From assembly GCF_000143415.4 (NCBI RefSeq), contig NW_003314324.1, positions 695,379 to 759,378 of the forward strand: 64,000 nt of DNA, in the 5' to 3' direction. Numbering within the stretch: the first letter of the stretch is position 1; every line of letters starts with the position of its first letter. A model generated the notes under the pieces. The model worked only from the letters and a program-made list of their open reading frames with translations. It was not told where the DNA came from and ran no database searches. This document shows, one piece after another, positions 23,910 through 41,241 of the stretch. The position numbers and the translations under genes were made by a program. Source of the DNA: Selaginella moellendorffii. Lineage: Eukaryota > Plantae > Lycopodiophyta.

Positions 23910-25061
23910 TGTAAGCCACAAATTTTTCCTTTCCAATTTGCTAGCTTACCTTGTCTATCCGACCAACACTGCCTTGGCTTGTGCTAAGTTCCCTCGCCAA
24001 GGTTCCCGTCTATTGTACCAGCTCCTACTTGGTCCTATTTGGTTTCAGCTACTCAATGCACAAGCAACGGAGCGTTAGCCATCCATCTACGGATTCCCAA
24101 ATCTCTCCCAATCCCCCTCCCCGAGTTAGACTGGACTTAAGGTGCAGCTACACTCCCCACAGGCACAAGCAGCCAAGCACACCAAGCCTCCAGGTTCCTA
24201 ACACCCCTTGGTACAACAAGACTTGATCATGGGACCCTCTAAATCCCAAGCCTTGGGTGCAACACTTGCTTCGGGACATCGGGGCGAAACACCGTGGCCT
24301 AACCGCCCGGTATGGGTACCTCTACCCCCCCCCCCTCCCACTTCCATCCCGATGGGAAGGCCCAAGCCCTTAGGAAGGGCAAGGACCAATGAGCCACAAG
24401 ATACTCAAGTGGGGCACCACTTCACATGAGTCAGGAGCACCGCAATCGGTTTCCCTTTTGGGAGTGGGAGTTGTTTTTGAGCACTTCCCTGGGTGGCCCT
24501 TCCGGCACCACCCAAGCCCATGTTCATTCCCACCCAAGGCCCTTGGGCCCCAGTTTCAACCTCAAATCAATTTGGAAGCCCCCCTAGAGAGTTCCTTCAA
24601 GACGGGTTTTGGGACCTCACTCTCCCTACTATACTTTGGGAACCCCTTAAAACCCCCCCCCCCCCCCCCCCCTGGGAGACGCATGCTTTGGGCTTTCACC
24701 CCTTGACCCATATTTAGTATTCGGACTCGGTCTTGCACTTGATCTTGGACTCGATCTTAGACCCGACTTCGGACTCGGTCTCGGACTCGATCTCGGACTC
24801 GATCTCAGACCCAATCTCGGACTCGACTTCGGACTCGACCTCAGACTCGATTTCGGACCCGATTTGGATCTCGGACTCTGTCTCGAACTCGGTCTCCGAT
24901 TCGGCCTCGGGCTCGATCCTAGACTCTATCTCGATCTCGGTCTCAGAGTCAGTCTTAGACTCGATTTTCGACTCGGTCCCATCCGATGAACTCTTTGTCA
25001 TTTTAGTCATGCTTTCAGGGATCCTTTAGCCTACGACATCTCGGGGAGTCAGTTCCTTACA
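23910..25061 (-). repeat. 5' LTR of the older gypsy element
   Basis: TGTAAG...CTTACA termini, adjacent minus-strand PBS TGGTATCGGAGC (23895-23906), GAGTCC-type tandem array at 24720-24980. Confidence 0.85.
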
Positions 25062-26532
25062 CAATCCACATGAGTGGTTGCACTTAAACCATTATACCAT
25101 TGCAATGCCATCCTTTGGAAACACATAAGAAACTCGCACAAACACCAAACATCATCCCAAAAATGATAAGTAGTAATCACCATAAAGTGATCGAATCAAT
25201 AGTACATATCATCCTTAAGATTCCACAAAACAATTCTAACCAAATGCAAGGATTAGCAATAAAAGTAAAAGTTGTACCATATGCTATGAATGTTGCCATT
25301 AATTAAGTCTAATTGTTTAATTGCAATTGCATAACATTAAGCAATTACATCAATTGTTACTCTAAAGTCAAAGAAGGAGGTTATTGCTTTAACATGAAGA
25401 TTAAAAAAAAAGAAAAAATAAAAGAGAAGAAATTAAAAAAGTTTTAAGGAAAGTGAAATTTAAACAATGTAAAAGCTAAAGTTAAACTAAAATCCCAAAT
25501 CTGAACACTCCTCAAGGATAAATACCTCCATCAATGTGAGTGCATTAAATATAGAAATGGAATACAGAAATATGCATATTAATTGACCTAAAAACATTAA
25601 CTTATATATATTAGTGAATGGTCTGAATTAAAATCAATTTGATGGCTATCAAATCCCACTATATACATTGTATTTGTATACTTGGACCTCACAAGAAGAT
25701 ATATAATACTTACACATTTTAATTTGGATAAGAATGAATTCAATTATTTAAAATATTCACTAATATTTATTGAATCAAAATATATAAAATTTATATATAC
25801 AAATATAGATATGTTTATTATTATAGATATTTTTATATTTATATATGTAAAATACACTTTTACTAATGTATTTTTAGTTTTAATAAATTTAATAAATATG
25901 TTGTGTTACAATTATTATCGGGTCTTTAAAATATTACTAATATTTATAAAAATATTAAAACTAATATTTTTTAAAACATAATAAAACAATGAATATTTAT
26001 ATTAGTCAATTATTTTGGAAATAATTCAAAGGAAGTTCAAACATTGATTCATCTACTCAACAAACCCAAATAAATTAGACTTAAGATAATGTATGCTAAT
26101 TTAATCACTTGAAATTGTAAATAAACTTTGAACAAGAATTTAAATTCGGAGGACAGTGTCCTTGACTTAAGGACAGGGTGGATTCACCGGGTTCTTGTTT
26201 CAAACCCTAAGCAGTGATGGATGCCACAACCGCTTTCCAGGAGCGGCCTCAGGTATTTCTCAGCTCTCGATCCACCCATTCCTTGCTCGATTTTTTTTCT
26301 TCTTCTTTTTCGAACTCCAAGCTCTGGCATTTCGCGATCCGAGCTTAATCGCTCGCGCTGTGCACTACTTTCCAGCGCGATCGCGATGATTTTGCTAGAA
26401 TTCCTTTTGTCTGCTGCAAAAAAATTCCTGGATTACTAGGAATTCGTTTTTTTTTTTTTTTCTTTTAAGAACTAAACGAGAGCTTTTGCTTAGAATCGTT
26501 GACTGGATGAAGCGAAGAGAGAAGACAAGCCA

Positions 26533-28573
26533 ATGCAGCAGCCTACGTTTGACACCATCTCGAGCACTCAAATTCAAGTAAGCTTTTGACTTTCTCCGTG
26601 CTCTTGAGCTTTGGAGTTGCTTGGTTCGTTTGCTCGTTTCTTCGTTTTTTTCTGTTTCTTCTTAAGTTCTTCCTTGAGCTTCATAGTACTGCTTGTTTGG
26701 CTAAGGTCAGTTCTTTTGTCTTGTTAAGACCAAGCGTTGTTTGCGAGCAGTACTTAAGCTTTGTTTTCGAGTAGTACTTTTCTTTTGATATTTTCTGACG
26801 TACAATGCTATGTGTTTTTTTCTTTTCCCCAGGAACAAAGTGTTGCCCAGGAAGGAAACAACACCCCACCACCATTGGCAAGGATTCCCGAGCCCGCAAG
26901 GAAATGGAGAGATATCTTCTGGCTGGGACTGTTCATAGTCCATATGATCGGCTTGGGTTTTGTGCTAGTCATACTGGGGCTCAACAGGTTTAGAAAGGTG
27001 GACAGGCTTAAGCTTAACCGGTTTACAAATCACGACTATGGCATTCTTCAACCTGGCTTTCAAACAGAGAAGTTCTGGCCGGTGTATGCCGTGGCTTCTG
27101 CGCTCGGTGCAGTGTTCGCGTGGGCATCCTTGGCTCTTCTCTGCGTCCGGCCATACTCGACGATCAAAGTCGCCGTCCACAGCTTGACAACTTATCTCGC
27201 AGTGATCAGCGTCTTCTGCTTCCGCGACGGCCAGTTCTTTTTCGGCACTGCCTTCGCCATTGGCGCTCTCCTGCAGTTCGTCTACACCATGTCAGTCATG
27301 GACAGGTACGCTCCTCGTTTAAAATCCTTTTCGTCTCCGCATTCTGTGACGAGCTCGCTCTCGCTCTTTCAGGCTGCCATTTACGACGCTTGTCTTGAGC
27401 AAGGCTGTAAAGCTGATCACCTCTGTCCCTGCGGCTATGAGGATTTCCTACCCGTTCATCGCACTGCTGCTCGTTTGGCTGGCATTGTGGTCGTTTGGAG
27501 TGTCAGGAGTTATTGCTTCCGGCATGGACGACAACGGCAGATGGCTTCTCATTCTGGTAGGCTTGCTTGGAACCTTGTGTACCATCGCTCATTGGTTGTA
27601 AACTTTCAGGTTCTATCCGTAAGTCTGTTTTGGACTGGAGCTGTGGTTTGCAACACAGTCCATGTGACTGTGGCTGGAGTGATAGTACTGGCGCTTGCCG
27701 ACGATCAGATTATGCCACCCAAGCCTATCCTGAGATCACTGCAACACGCCATGACGACTTCTCTTGGCAGCATTTGCTATGGTTCCCTATTCACTGCAGC
27801 TATAAGAACGATGCGGTGGGCGGTAAGCTATAATATTGTGTTCTTATAATTTTTTTCTTCTTCTCAAACAGCTTTTGCGTTGTGCTTGCAGATCCGTGGC
27901 TTTCGATCACGCATAGGGAAGAACGAGTGCTTGCTGTGCTGCGTGGATTTCCTCTTTCATCTGGTGGAGACTTTAGTTCGGTTTTTCAACAAGTACGCTT
28001 ATGTGGAGGCAAGTAGTTTTCTCGCCGTTTCGAAGTTTTGTTTACGAGCAGCTTGACCGCAGGTAGCGATCTACGGCAAGTCGTTCAATCACTCCGCTCG
28101 GGATGCATGGGAACTCTTCCAGTCGACGGGCATAGAGGTTTTGATCGCGTACGATCTCTCTGGTGCGATACTGCTCATGGAGATCCTTCTCGGGGGACTC
28201 CTGACAGGAACTTGCGTCGGCATCTGGGCCTGGTTCAAGTGGAAGGAGCGAGTTCTCATCATCGGCCTCACAGCAATGCTGGTTGGAATGATCTTGGTAA
28301 GCACAAACTTTCACCACTCTCCAAAGCTTGACGAAAAGAACGTTTTCTCTCTTTGAAAACCAGGTTGGCTTGGGACTTGTAGTAGTGGAGAGTGCAGTGA
28401 CTTCTCTCTACATGTGTTACGCCTCAGATCCATCCTTGATACGGCGATGGGATCCAGAGTTTGCGGAGCAAATCGCCGAGACTTTACACCAGAGGCTGCA
28501 ACACAGAAGCGGGAGAGAGGTTGCTCCTTCTCATTCCTATCCAAAGTCGCAAAGTAATGTTCTCATGCTGTAG
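26533..28573 (+). CDS. Choline transporter-like (CTL/SLC44 family) membrane protein, ~7 exons
   Basis: RKWRDIFWLGLF, TTSLGSICYGSL, FFNKYAYVE, AIYGKSFNHSARDAWELF and VVESAVTSLYMCYA motifs; GT-AG introns. Start codon inferred. Confidence 0.88.
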
Positions 28574-28699
28574 AAGATCTCCACGCCATCGTCGCCGCGC
28601 TTTGCTAGCTTGAAAGTCAGAACATTTTTGATCGTTTTGTACATCAACAAGGTAGAGGCTATAATGGTAAAACCATACCAGAAATTGCTATCATCAATT

Positions 28700-28771
28700 G
28701 CGTTAGTAGTCCAACGGTCAGGATAATTGCCTTCCAAGCAATAGACCCGGGTTCGACTCCCGGCTAACGCA
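28700..28771 (+). tRNA. tRNA-Gly (TCC)
   Basis: Acceptor stem GCGTTAG/CTAACGC, anticodon arm ATTGC-CTTCCAA-GCAAT, T-loop GGTTCGACTCC. Confidence 0.96.
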
Positions 28772-28841
28772 CTCTCTTTAGGTTTAACTTTAGTGTTTTT
28801 TTGTCTTTTAAAGGCAAGCTTGGAAATCGAAGGGTTAGGGA

Positions 28842-29528
28842 ATGGAGATTTCATTTGAGTCACTATTTTGCCGATATAGCGGTAAGAAAATTGATAAGGT
28901 GTTTCTAGACACTCCAGCGGCACTGAGTTTCTTGACAAAAGATTCTTCTTCTAGTAGTAGTAGTGATTCGTGTCCCCGGATAAACTGGCAAGAATGGGGC
29001 GTGTTCCCGGCAAGTATGGGCCACTACTGCTTAGACACGTGGGTCTCTTCCACCAGGATTTGCGCGGAAGCCCATCGAAAACTAAACACCATGGTCAAGA
29101 CGATAGAGCCGCTTAATTCGATGGCGAGCTTGCTTAAAAACGTGAAGGCTAGCAAAAGTATTGGATCTTCTTCGGCTTGCTCGGTTAATCTTATAGAGGA
29201 TTTGGGATCGGTGATGAGGATGTTGAGCTACAATCCAGGGAAAGGTGACGAGGTCCCCAAAGTTGACGGATTTGTCGAGTTTACAAACCTAGGAGACCCC
29301 GAGATCAAGCGGCTGGTGAGCGCCTATCCGGTGATTATGTGCATGGATGCCAACTCGATTGAGGGGACGGTCCCTAGGACTTGTGCGTGGCAGTGTGTTG
29401 TGATCGTGGGATATGATCCAGAGGGTTGGATCTTGCTCAACTCGTACGCTGGAGAACACCACTATTTTAGGGTTGGCTACAAATCTGCCAACTTTGCGGG
29501 CTCCTTCTTGCTCGTGCCACTTGTTTGA
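28842..29528 (+). CDS. Intronless papain (C1A)-fold-like protein lacking catalytic Cys/His
   Basis: INWQEWG..., CLDTW (for C-x-S-C-W), QCVVIVGY (for HAV.IVGY), WILLNSY, YFRV. Confidence 0.55.
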   Translation: MEISFESLFCRYSGKKIDKVFLDTPAALSFLTKDSSSSSSSDSCPRINWQEWGVFPASMGHYCLDTWVSSTRICAEAHRKLNTMVKTIEPLNSMASLLKNVKASKSIGSSSACSVNLIEDLGSVMRMLSYNPGKGDEVPKVDGFVEFTNLGDPEIKRLVSAYPVIMCMDANSIEGTVPRTCAWQCVVIVGYDPEGWILLNSYAGEHHYFRVGYKSANFAGSFLLVPLV

Positions 29529-30962
29529 AGAGGTTGTCTGAAAGATTCTTGGATAGTTCCATCCATCTAGTGTTTGTTTGTTTTGTTGACATGGTTTGTT
29601 ATGCACAACGTCCACCCATCAGTGTTACTGAGATCTTCCCCCTTTTCCAAAGAGATGTGGCTGAATTTTATACGAATTTCTCCTTTTGGGCGATAAAAAA
29701 GACTTTATTCCAGCCCATCACACGTGCACAAGATCCCTTGTGCTCTGGGAATTTCTAGACCTTTGTCAACTGGAAGATGGACCAAAAAAAAATAAACAAA
29801 AAAAAGCCAATTTTTTTTTTTTTTTTCCTGGGGAGAAAAATAGTTCAATGAAGGACTATACGGATGATCCATTGTTCCCTAGCCTATATCCATCCATTGT
29901 TTCTTTTTAACTCTAGTTGTCCCCAAAATCCACGGCTATGTATCATGTATGTCCACCATGCCATCTCTATCATGAACATCCATCATCATAATGGTATGAT
30001 ATCATGGTAACATTTACCATCATGTATCATGTAGATGTCCCCCCTACACTATAAATACACTGCTCTCTGTGTCTTCCATTATTGGAACAGCAAGCAAAGA
30101 TCACTCTATATTCTTCTTCTCTTCACTCTCGCCACTGGAAGAGGAGAGCAAGAAAAAGGAGAGAAAACCCCACCCTACACAATCTACTGCTTGGATTGAT
30201 CTCCACTGAGTGTGTGCCTGAGAGAGAGAGCAAGAGATCAAAGTCTTCTGGCATCGAGCAAGATCTTTCCTGTTGAAAAGGAGATGCTGCATTTGCCTTC
30301 ACTGGGCATCTTGCATTCAATTCTGTAGCTTCTGTAGCTCTTATTTCTCTCTTTTTCGATTGGCTGTGAGTCTCATGGCCTGGGCATTGTTTGTGTTCTA
30401 CCAAGCATTCTTCTGGGGCTGGGAAGCAGCACTCTCTTCCAGCATCTGTCTCTAGCTTTTTGCAGCACTTGCCCATACTGGCCTGTGTTGGGGGTCCCAT
30501 TGGTTTGTGCTCAAATCTTTGAGGGAAAAGGGTTTTTGGAATTGTATATGGTGTGCATTGTGTGAGTGTGTGTGGCTCTGTGTGAGGGGGTGTATGTGTG
30601 TGTGTTTGTGCGAGTGTGGGTGTGTGTGTGTGTCTGTGTGATATTTTCCAATTCTTCTTCTCTTTGTCCCTCTGTTTCTGGTGTTTTTTTCTGCTACCAC
30701 CACCACCAATAGCTCTGATTGATTGCTCTGCTGATTTATTGCTTTCTGCGCACAAGAAAACAACAAAGTTGCAAGCGGCGAGGAGGCGGAGCCAAGACAA
30801 ACCAGAAGGAGGAGAGAAAAGGGAGGAAGAACTTTGGCAAGAATCAAGCAAGAAAAGGAAGGAGGAAAGGCTTTCCTTTTCTCTTAAAGGCAGTCCTCTC
30901 GATCTATTCCTTTTCTCCTTTGGTAAGCCCTCAAGATCGTCATCACCACGGGCAGTTCAGCT

Positions 30963-33240
30963 ATGTGCAAGTCGAGTGATCATCTCCCTGATTCCGCCAC
31001 CGTCACCACCACCACCACCACGACTACTGGCGTCGCCGTTGCCGCCGCCATCGCCGCCGCTCCCGAATCCAGCATCGCCGCTCGAATGGCTCCTTCATCC
31101 GACAGCAACAATAACGCCACTGTCGCCAGCAGCGACCACCAGCGCTTTGCGGAGCTGCCAAGGTTGATCATGAGCCACAGTGTTGTGGATATGCCCCTGC
31201 TGGAGCAGGAGCAGCACAAGATCGGCGCCAAGAACAGCAGCCTCAGCAACGCTGCCGGCGCGGATCAATTCGGGCAGACAATGCGGCAGCCGAATGTCCC
31301 CCCCTCCAAGCTTGACCCTGACAGCACCAAGCAGCACCAAATCTCGGGATTCTTCGCCCACGACTTCGACGGCTACTCGCAGTGGCCCACACCGGCAGAG
31401 GTCTCACTCTCTCTTCTAAATCTCTCTTGCCTTTCTTCGTGTCCCTCTCGCATCCATCCGCATTGCTTGTGGCTTGTCGTTTGATGTTCCATCTGGTTTC
31501 CTGTTTCCAATCGCTTGTTTTGCGTTGTCACTGTCACTATATTTGCGTTTTAGTCGTATGCCATGCCGTGAAATTGTTTTCTGATTGCCTGGAGTGACAA
31601 CCACAAGTCAACTCCTTGATTTACTGTAGATGCCGGGTCTGGGCATTCGCTGCAAGCTTTGTTTTTGAGTTGTTCTTGCATTGGTACTGATCTGATCGTG
31701 CTCTTTTCAGGTTGCCCGCGAGCTGAAGCAGATGGGATCCATCGCCTGCCCCACCGTCGTCACCGGCATCCTCGTCTACCTCCGCTCGCTCATCTCGATG
31801 CTCTTCCTGGGCCACCTGGGCGAGCTGGAGCTGGCGGGCGGATCGCTCGCCATCGGCTTCGCCAACATCACAGGCTACTCGGTTCTGTCAGGCCTGGCCA
31901 TGGGCATGGAGCCCATTTGCGGCCAAGCCTTCGGCGCCCACAAGTGGAAGCTCATGGGTCTCACGCTGCAGCGCTCTGTCGTCTTCCTCTCCTGCTCCTG
32001 CCTCCCGATCGCGCTGCTCTGGCTCAACATGAATCGCATCCTCAACTTCTGCGGCCAGGACCCCGCCGTCACCGCCATGGCTCACAACTACCTCCTCTTC
32101 TCGCTGCCCGACCTCCTCATCCAGGCGCTGCTCAACCCGATCCGCGTCTACCTCCGGACGCAGAAGATCACGCTGCCGATCTCCATCGCCGCCGCCGTCG
32201 CGATCTGCTTCCACGTCCCGGCCAACCTCTTGCTCGTCTCGCACCTCGGCCTGGGCATCCGCGGCGTAGCGCTCGCCGCTGTCGCCACCAATCTCACGCT
32301 CGTCCTCGTCCTCTTGCTCTACGTGATCGCGTCGGGGATCTACAAGCTCTCCTGGCCGGGGATCTCTCGCGATTGCCTGCGCGACTGGAGGCCACTCCTG
32401 GCGCTGGCGATCCCGAGCGCGATCTCGGTGTGCCTCGAGTGGTGGTGGTATGAGCTGATGATCATCTTCTCCGGTCTACTGGTCAACGCTAGGGCTGCCG
32501 TGGCGACCATGGGCGTCCTCATCCAGACGACCGCGCTGGTCTACATCTTCCCCAGCTCGCTGGGGCTGGCGGTTTCGACACGTGTCGGGAACGAGCTGGG
32601 TGCCAACAATCCACGTGGCGCGAGGACAGCGGCCCACGTGGCGCTCTGCTGCGCTGGCGTGCTGGGGGTCGCGGCGATGTCTTTCACGGTCGGGATGCGC
32701 CACGTCTGGGGCTCGCTCTTCACCCGCGACGCCGCCATCTTGAAGCTCGTGGCGGCGGCCATGCCGGTGGTCGGGATGTGCGAGATTGGGAACTGTCCCC
32801 AGACCACAGGTTGCGGCGTGCTTCGCGGGAGCGCGCGGCCGACACTGGGGGCCAACATCAATCTTGGTTCCTTCTACTTTGTGGGCATGCCGGTGGCGAT
32901 GCTTCTAGGGTTTGCGCTGGATGTGGGGTTTGTCGGGTTATGGTTTGGGCTCCTGGCGGCGCAGGGCTCTTGCCTGGTGCTCATGCTCTTTGCAGTGGGA
33001 CGCACGGATTGGGAGCTCCAGGCGTTTAGGGCGCAGGAGCTCACTGGGAGTAGCAATTCCTCCACTCCTTCCAGCTCCGGGAAGATTGGAGCTGCGAATT
33101 CTATCGACGGGGGTTCCAAGGTGTTCGAGCTGGGGTGTTTGGACGAGGACGAGGACGAGGAGGACAATGGCAGTGACAGCTGCATTGACAATGGCAAAGA
33201 CGTGCTGCTCATGGCGATCAAGGTCTCTCCGGCAATGTGA
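30963..33240 (+). CDS. MATE/DTX efflux transporter, 2 exons (30963-31400, 31711-33240)
   Basis: LAGGSLAIGFANITGYSVLSGLAMGMEPICGQAFGA, SVCLEWWWYE, STRVGNELGA, GNCPQTTGCGVLRGSARP. Confidence 0.95.
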
Positions 33241-33535
33241 AGCTCGTCGCCGTGGATCCAAAGGAGGGGTGTTCCACCTTTTGGCGTGGAATCTTTTGCT
33301 TCTTCACGGTTTTGATGTCGATCTGGAGGGAAATCTAAGAGACGGATATTCGGGGCACCGGAGAAACTGAAAGAGCAGTTTTTGTCGGTAAAACAGGGGT
33401 CAAAGAAACACAAACTTTGTTCTTCTTCCTTTTAATGTAACTGTTTCCTGTTATGTTAACCACCTAATCTTTAGTTTGCCACCTTTTCGAAAAGGGCGAT
33501 TGATAAAGGATGCTACCTTTTTAAGCTAGTGTAAA

Positions 33536-33616
33536 GTTGAGATGGCTGAGTTGGTCTAAGGCGCTAGATTAAGGTTCTGGTCCGCAAGGGCGTGGGTTCG
33601 AATCCCACTCTCAACA
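33536..33616 (+). tRNA. tRNA-Leu (AAG)
   Basis: Acceptor GTTGAGA/TCTCAAC, anticodon loop TTAAGGT, long variable arm, GGTTCGAATCCC. Confidence 0.94.
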
Positions 33617-34813
33617 AATTTCACACTTTGTTTCTTTATATTCTTACGAAGATTGCCATACCATATGGCATTTGCCATTGCGCATAGTTTATGATTTGCC
33701 TCCTGGCTCATTGCAAAGGCCATTCAAGGCACGCCACATGGATTAAATGGTATCAAAACCCCACCGAATATCCCTCCCATCGTGCGCGAATCTCTCTCTG
33801 TCCAATTCTTTGGATGGACCACGCAGAGTATTTCTCTATGGCCTTTGTCAGTCCTTCACTCAAACAAAAAACCTCTCCATACTCTCGGCGATGACTACCC
33901 GCCAACTAACGGTAGATGTATAGCTCTTTTAGTTCCCATCTCGTGAAAAATTCCAGGGATTCGAACCCAAACAAAGCAAAAAAGAAAATACTTTTGTACT
34001 CGGGACATATTCCGTCAGCGTTGACGTAACTTGGCGCGAAAAAACCCGCATCCGCATCGCGCTCGCATCGCATGGCATCGAGCTTAACGAACGAAATTAT
34101 GACGCTAAGCTGGCGCTGACGTCACGCCCCTCATGATTGCCGGGCACGTGAGTTGGGAAAAACCCGACAAATTACTCATAAAACGGCGACACGTACGTCC
34201 CGTATTCGTAGCGTATATCAATGGTAGCAGTACTAGTAGCCTTAGTCGTCGTAGGGTCGTGGGCCTTGGACGCTGCGAAGACTGGCGAAGAATAGAAAGA
34301 AGATTAGACCTTTCTTTCCCGACGACCAAAAACCACCCTACGTGGTTCTTCCCCAAGGAGCCCTGACGTAGGCCATGTCCCATCCCATGCGTCATCCACA
34401 CCATACGGCCCCAAGTACAATGCAGTGACGCCACCGCTGCGTAGAGATACGGCCGGTCTCGGAAGCTCAAACGCCCTACATTCTCGGTACCGGGGGTAAA
34501 TATACGCCAGGCGCAAGGCGTACGTAGTGGCAAGAATTTAGTGTTGGAGGTAGGCTTTTTAGCTCGTCAGTGCACAGGGGCGGGGTCGCAATAGCCATTT
34601 GAGACGTGGTTATTGGAAGAGGGTAAAGTTTCCAATTTACCGCCCACCATCTTTCTCTGGGCCTGGCCCGTAGTAGTAGTGGTATAAAAACTCGTAAAAA
34701 ATCGTGGTGGTATTCCTGTCTAGATCTCTTGACCGGCGCCTCCACGTGGGAAGCATACGTCTTTTGTATTCATGGCATGTCTATCCAACTGGCGCAACCG
34801 AAAGAACGTTCTT

Positions 34814-34920
34814 GGGATGGATGGGATGGGATGGGGATGGGGATGGGATGGCATGGCATTGCACGCCATGGATGAATGGGCGATGGGTATGGATGGGATG
34901 GATGGGTATGGCATCCATGG
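34814..34920 (+). repeat. (GGGAT/GGAT)n low-complexity repeat
   Basis: gggatggatgggatgggatggggatgggatgggatgg... Confidence 0.8.
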
Positions 34921-35817
34921 CATTCATGGACGACACTGTGATCAAGGAAAGGGAATTTTGTGTTTGTTGGCTCCTGGGGAGGGGATGAATCGACAAGGTG
35001 GCGCAGTGGCAGATCAATCCATTGCGAGTGTTCCCCGAAAGGGTGGCGCCCTAAGACAATCCTGGCGCATTACAAATCGAAAGCCCGCCATCAATCCCGC
35101 GCGGGGAGCCCGGCCTGGGAGGACGAAACAAAAAGATTTCGCTGCCCACGACTGGGACGGCATTGCCAAATGATTGGCGCGCCGTGGCTACATACACAGA
35201 TGCCAAGGCGGGGCAAATGCAATGGCAAAAAAGCAAAAAAGAAGAGAGCCTTGGAGGGACAATCTTTGTGTTTGTATTTGGGTGGTGGTGGTGGTGGTGG
35301 TGGTGGTCAGTGATTGGTATAATCTATCGAGACCCCTCCAGAGCTAGGGGAATCTCTGGGGAGATGAAAACTATGATTCCTCCCCTTGCAAGTCATCCGG
35401 TCAATAGATTCTCCCGGACAAACAACCAGCAAGAAAACAAGCATGGACAAGATGCCCTAGGCCAACCATATGGGATGAAAGTTTATAAGCCTCCAAGGTG
35501 TGAAAGTGGTGCGAGCTAGCGAATCATTGAATAGAGCGGTTGAATCTCCCTAGATCCGGAGATCCCGGTGTGATAGGGTGTAAAGGGCTATGGCCGACAT
35601 GGACATGGCAACCATGCCACTTCCTTGTAACTAAATATCAGCACACACGGCCAGAGCGCCCTCTTTACTTCTAACAGAACGCCGATGTAAACGTTCCAAC
35701 CAATTCCTCTTGCCCTAAATTCCAGAATATCCGGGGGCATCAAGAAATTTGAAAAATAGCGCGGGGGCGGGTGGTTTGAATTAGGGATATTCTGGAAATT
35801 AGGGCTTAGGTTAAGGT

Positions 35818-40423
<4,606 letters not shown>

Positions 40424-41241
40424 TTCCAGAACGAACACAACGGAGGATCAGCCACAACGAAAAAGACTGTGTTTCGTCACTGCAATTTCAGAAACACGGA
40501 CCAAAATCGAATCATCATCTCCTCCAAACGAATAAACAATGGGAAAACTAAAGAGAAAATCTCTGCTCAGGCAACGAGTGCGTTGTTCTCAGCGATGGAT
40601 TGAATCCATCTCCATAGTCTAACATGTAAAATCAATGGCATCACAGCAGAGAGAAGGCGCTGGAAGAAGGCGGCGCCCAAGAAACCCTAGATCCCTAAAA
40701 CCCTATGTAAACCCTAGCCGGAAGCCCCAAGTTTAAAGCCCCCCGGGGGGGAATATTCACTAGCATTGGCGTTACGTCGACGTCTGTAACAGTAAGTCCG
40801 GCGTATATTCCGGGAAGGAATATACCCTAGGCGATGCGGCATTTAACGTGTAGGCTTGTCTCTATCTCTGCCGTGATCAGCGTTCTCTCTTGTAGGGAAG
40901 GCGGAAAAGCCAGCTACTGGTCACAGGGGCGGATCCAAGGCGCTCGGGCTTGTCCCCATTGCCGCTGCCACGGGCGCTTCCTCCAAATCCCCAGCTGGAG
41001 CTCGAGATCTTGTAAGAAATCTCTCCTCCTCTCCGCCTCTTCTCGCAATCTCTCTCTCTCTCTCGCTCGCGGATTCGATCGAAATATCTCTGCCACGCGC
41101 TTCTTGATTGATGCCTCGCTCTAGGTTAGATTGAGAGGAGCTCCCGCGCCTGGATCTCTCCTTAGGTCGCGCAATAGTGGAATTTCGGCCCTAGCTTGGA
41201 ATGCGGGTTGATAACCTCGCGATTTTCCATTGCAGGCGCCA

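Larger units (their letters stand above)
12046..25061 (-). mobile_element. Older Ty3/gypsy LTR retrotransposon, 3'-truncated and interrupted by the 12083-19599 insertion
   Basis: 5' LTR 23910-25061, PBS 23895-23906, domain order gag-PR-RT-RH-INT. The integrase frame continues across the TSD (..NLRL|PSGISQKLTQR) to ~12046. No 3' LTR seen. Confidence 0.85.

Noticed and set aside
25300-26180. Very AT-rich stretch, ORF 25682-25981 and hairpin TGTCCTT-GACTT-AAGGACA as a Helitron/MITE end
   Set aside because: The ORF is compositional noise; no CTRR end or TIR pair was found.
31659-32453. Alternative-frame and antisense ORFs overlapping MATE and other GC-rich genes
   Set aside because: Shadow ORFs caused by high GC3 codon usage.
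33700-35520. Short ORFs between tRNA-Leu and the PI3K
   Set aside because: No recognisable motifs or splice structure; driven by microsatellites and GC content.
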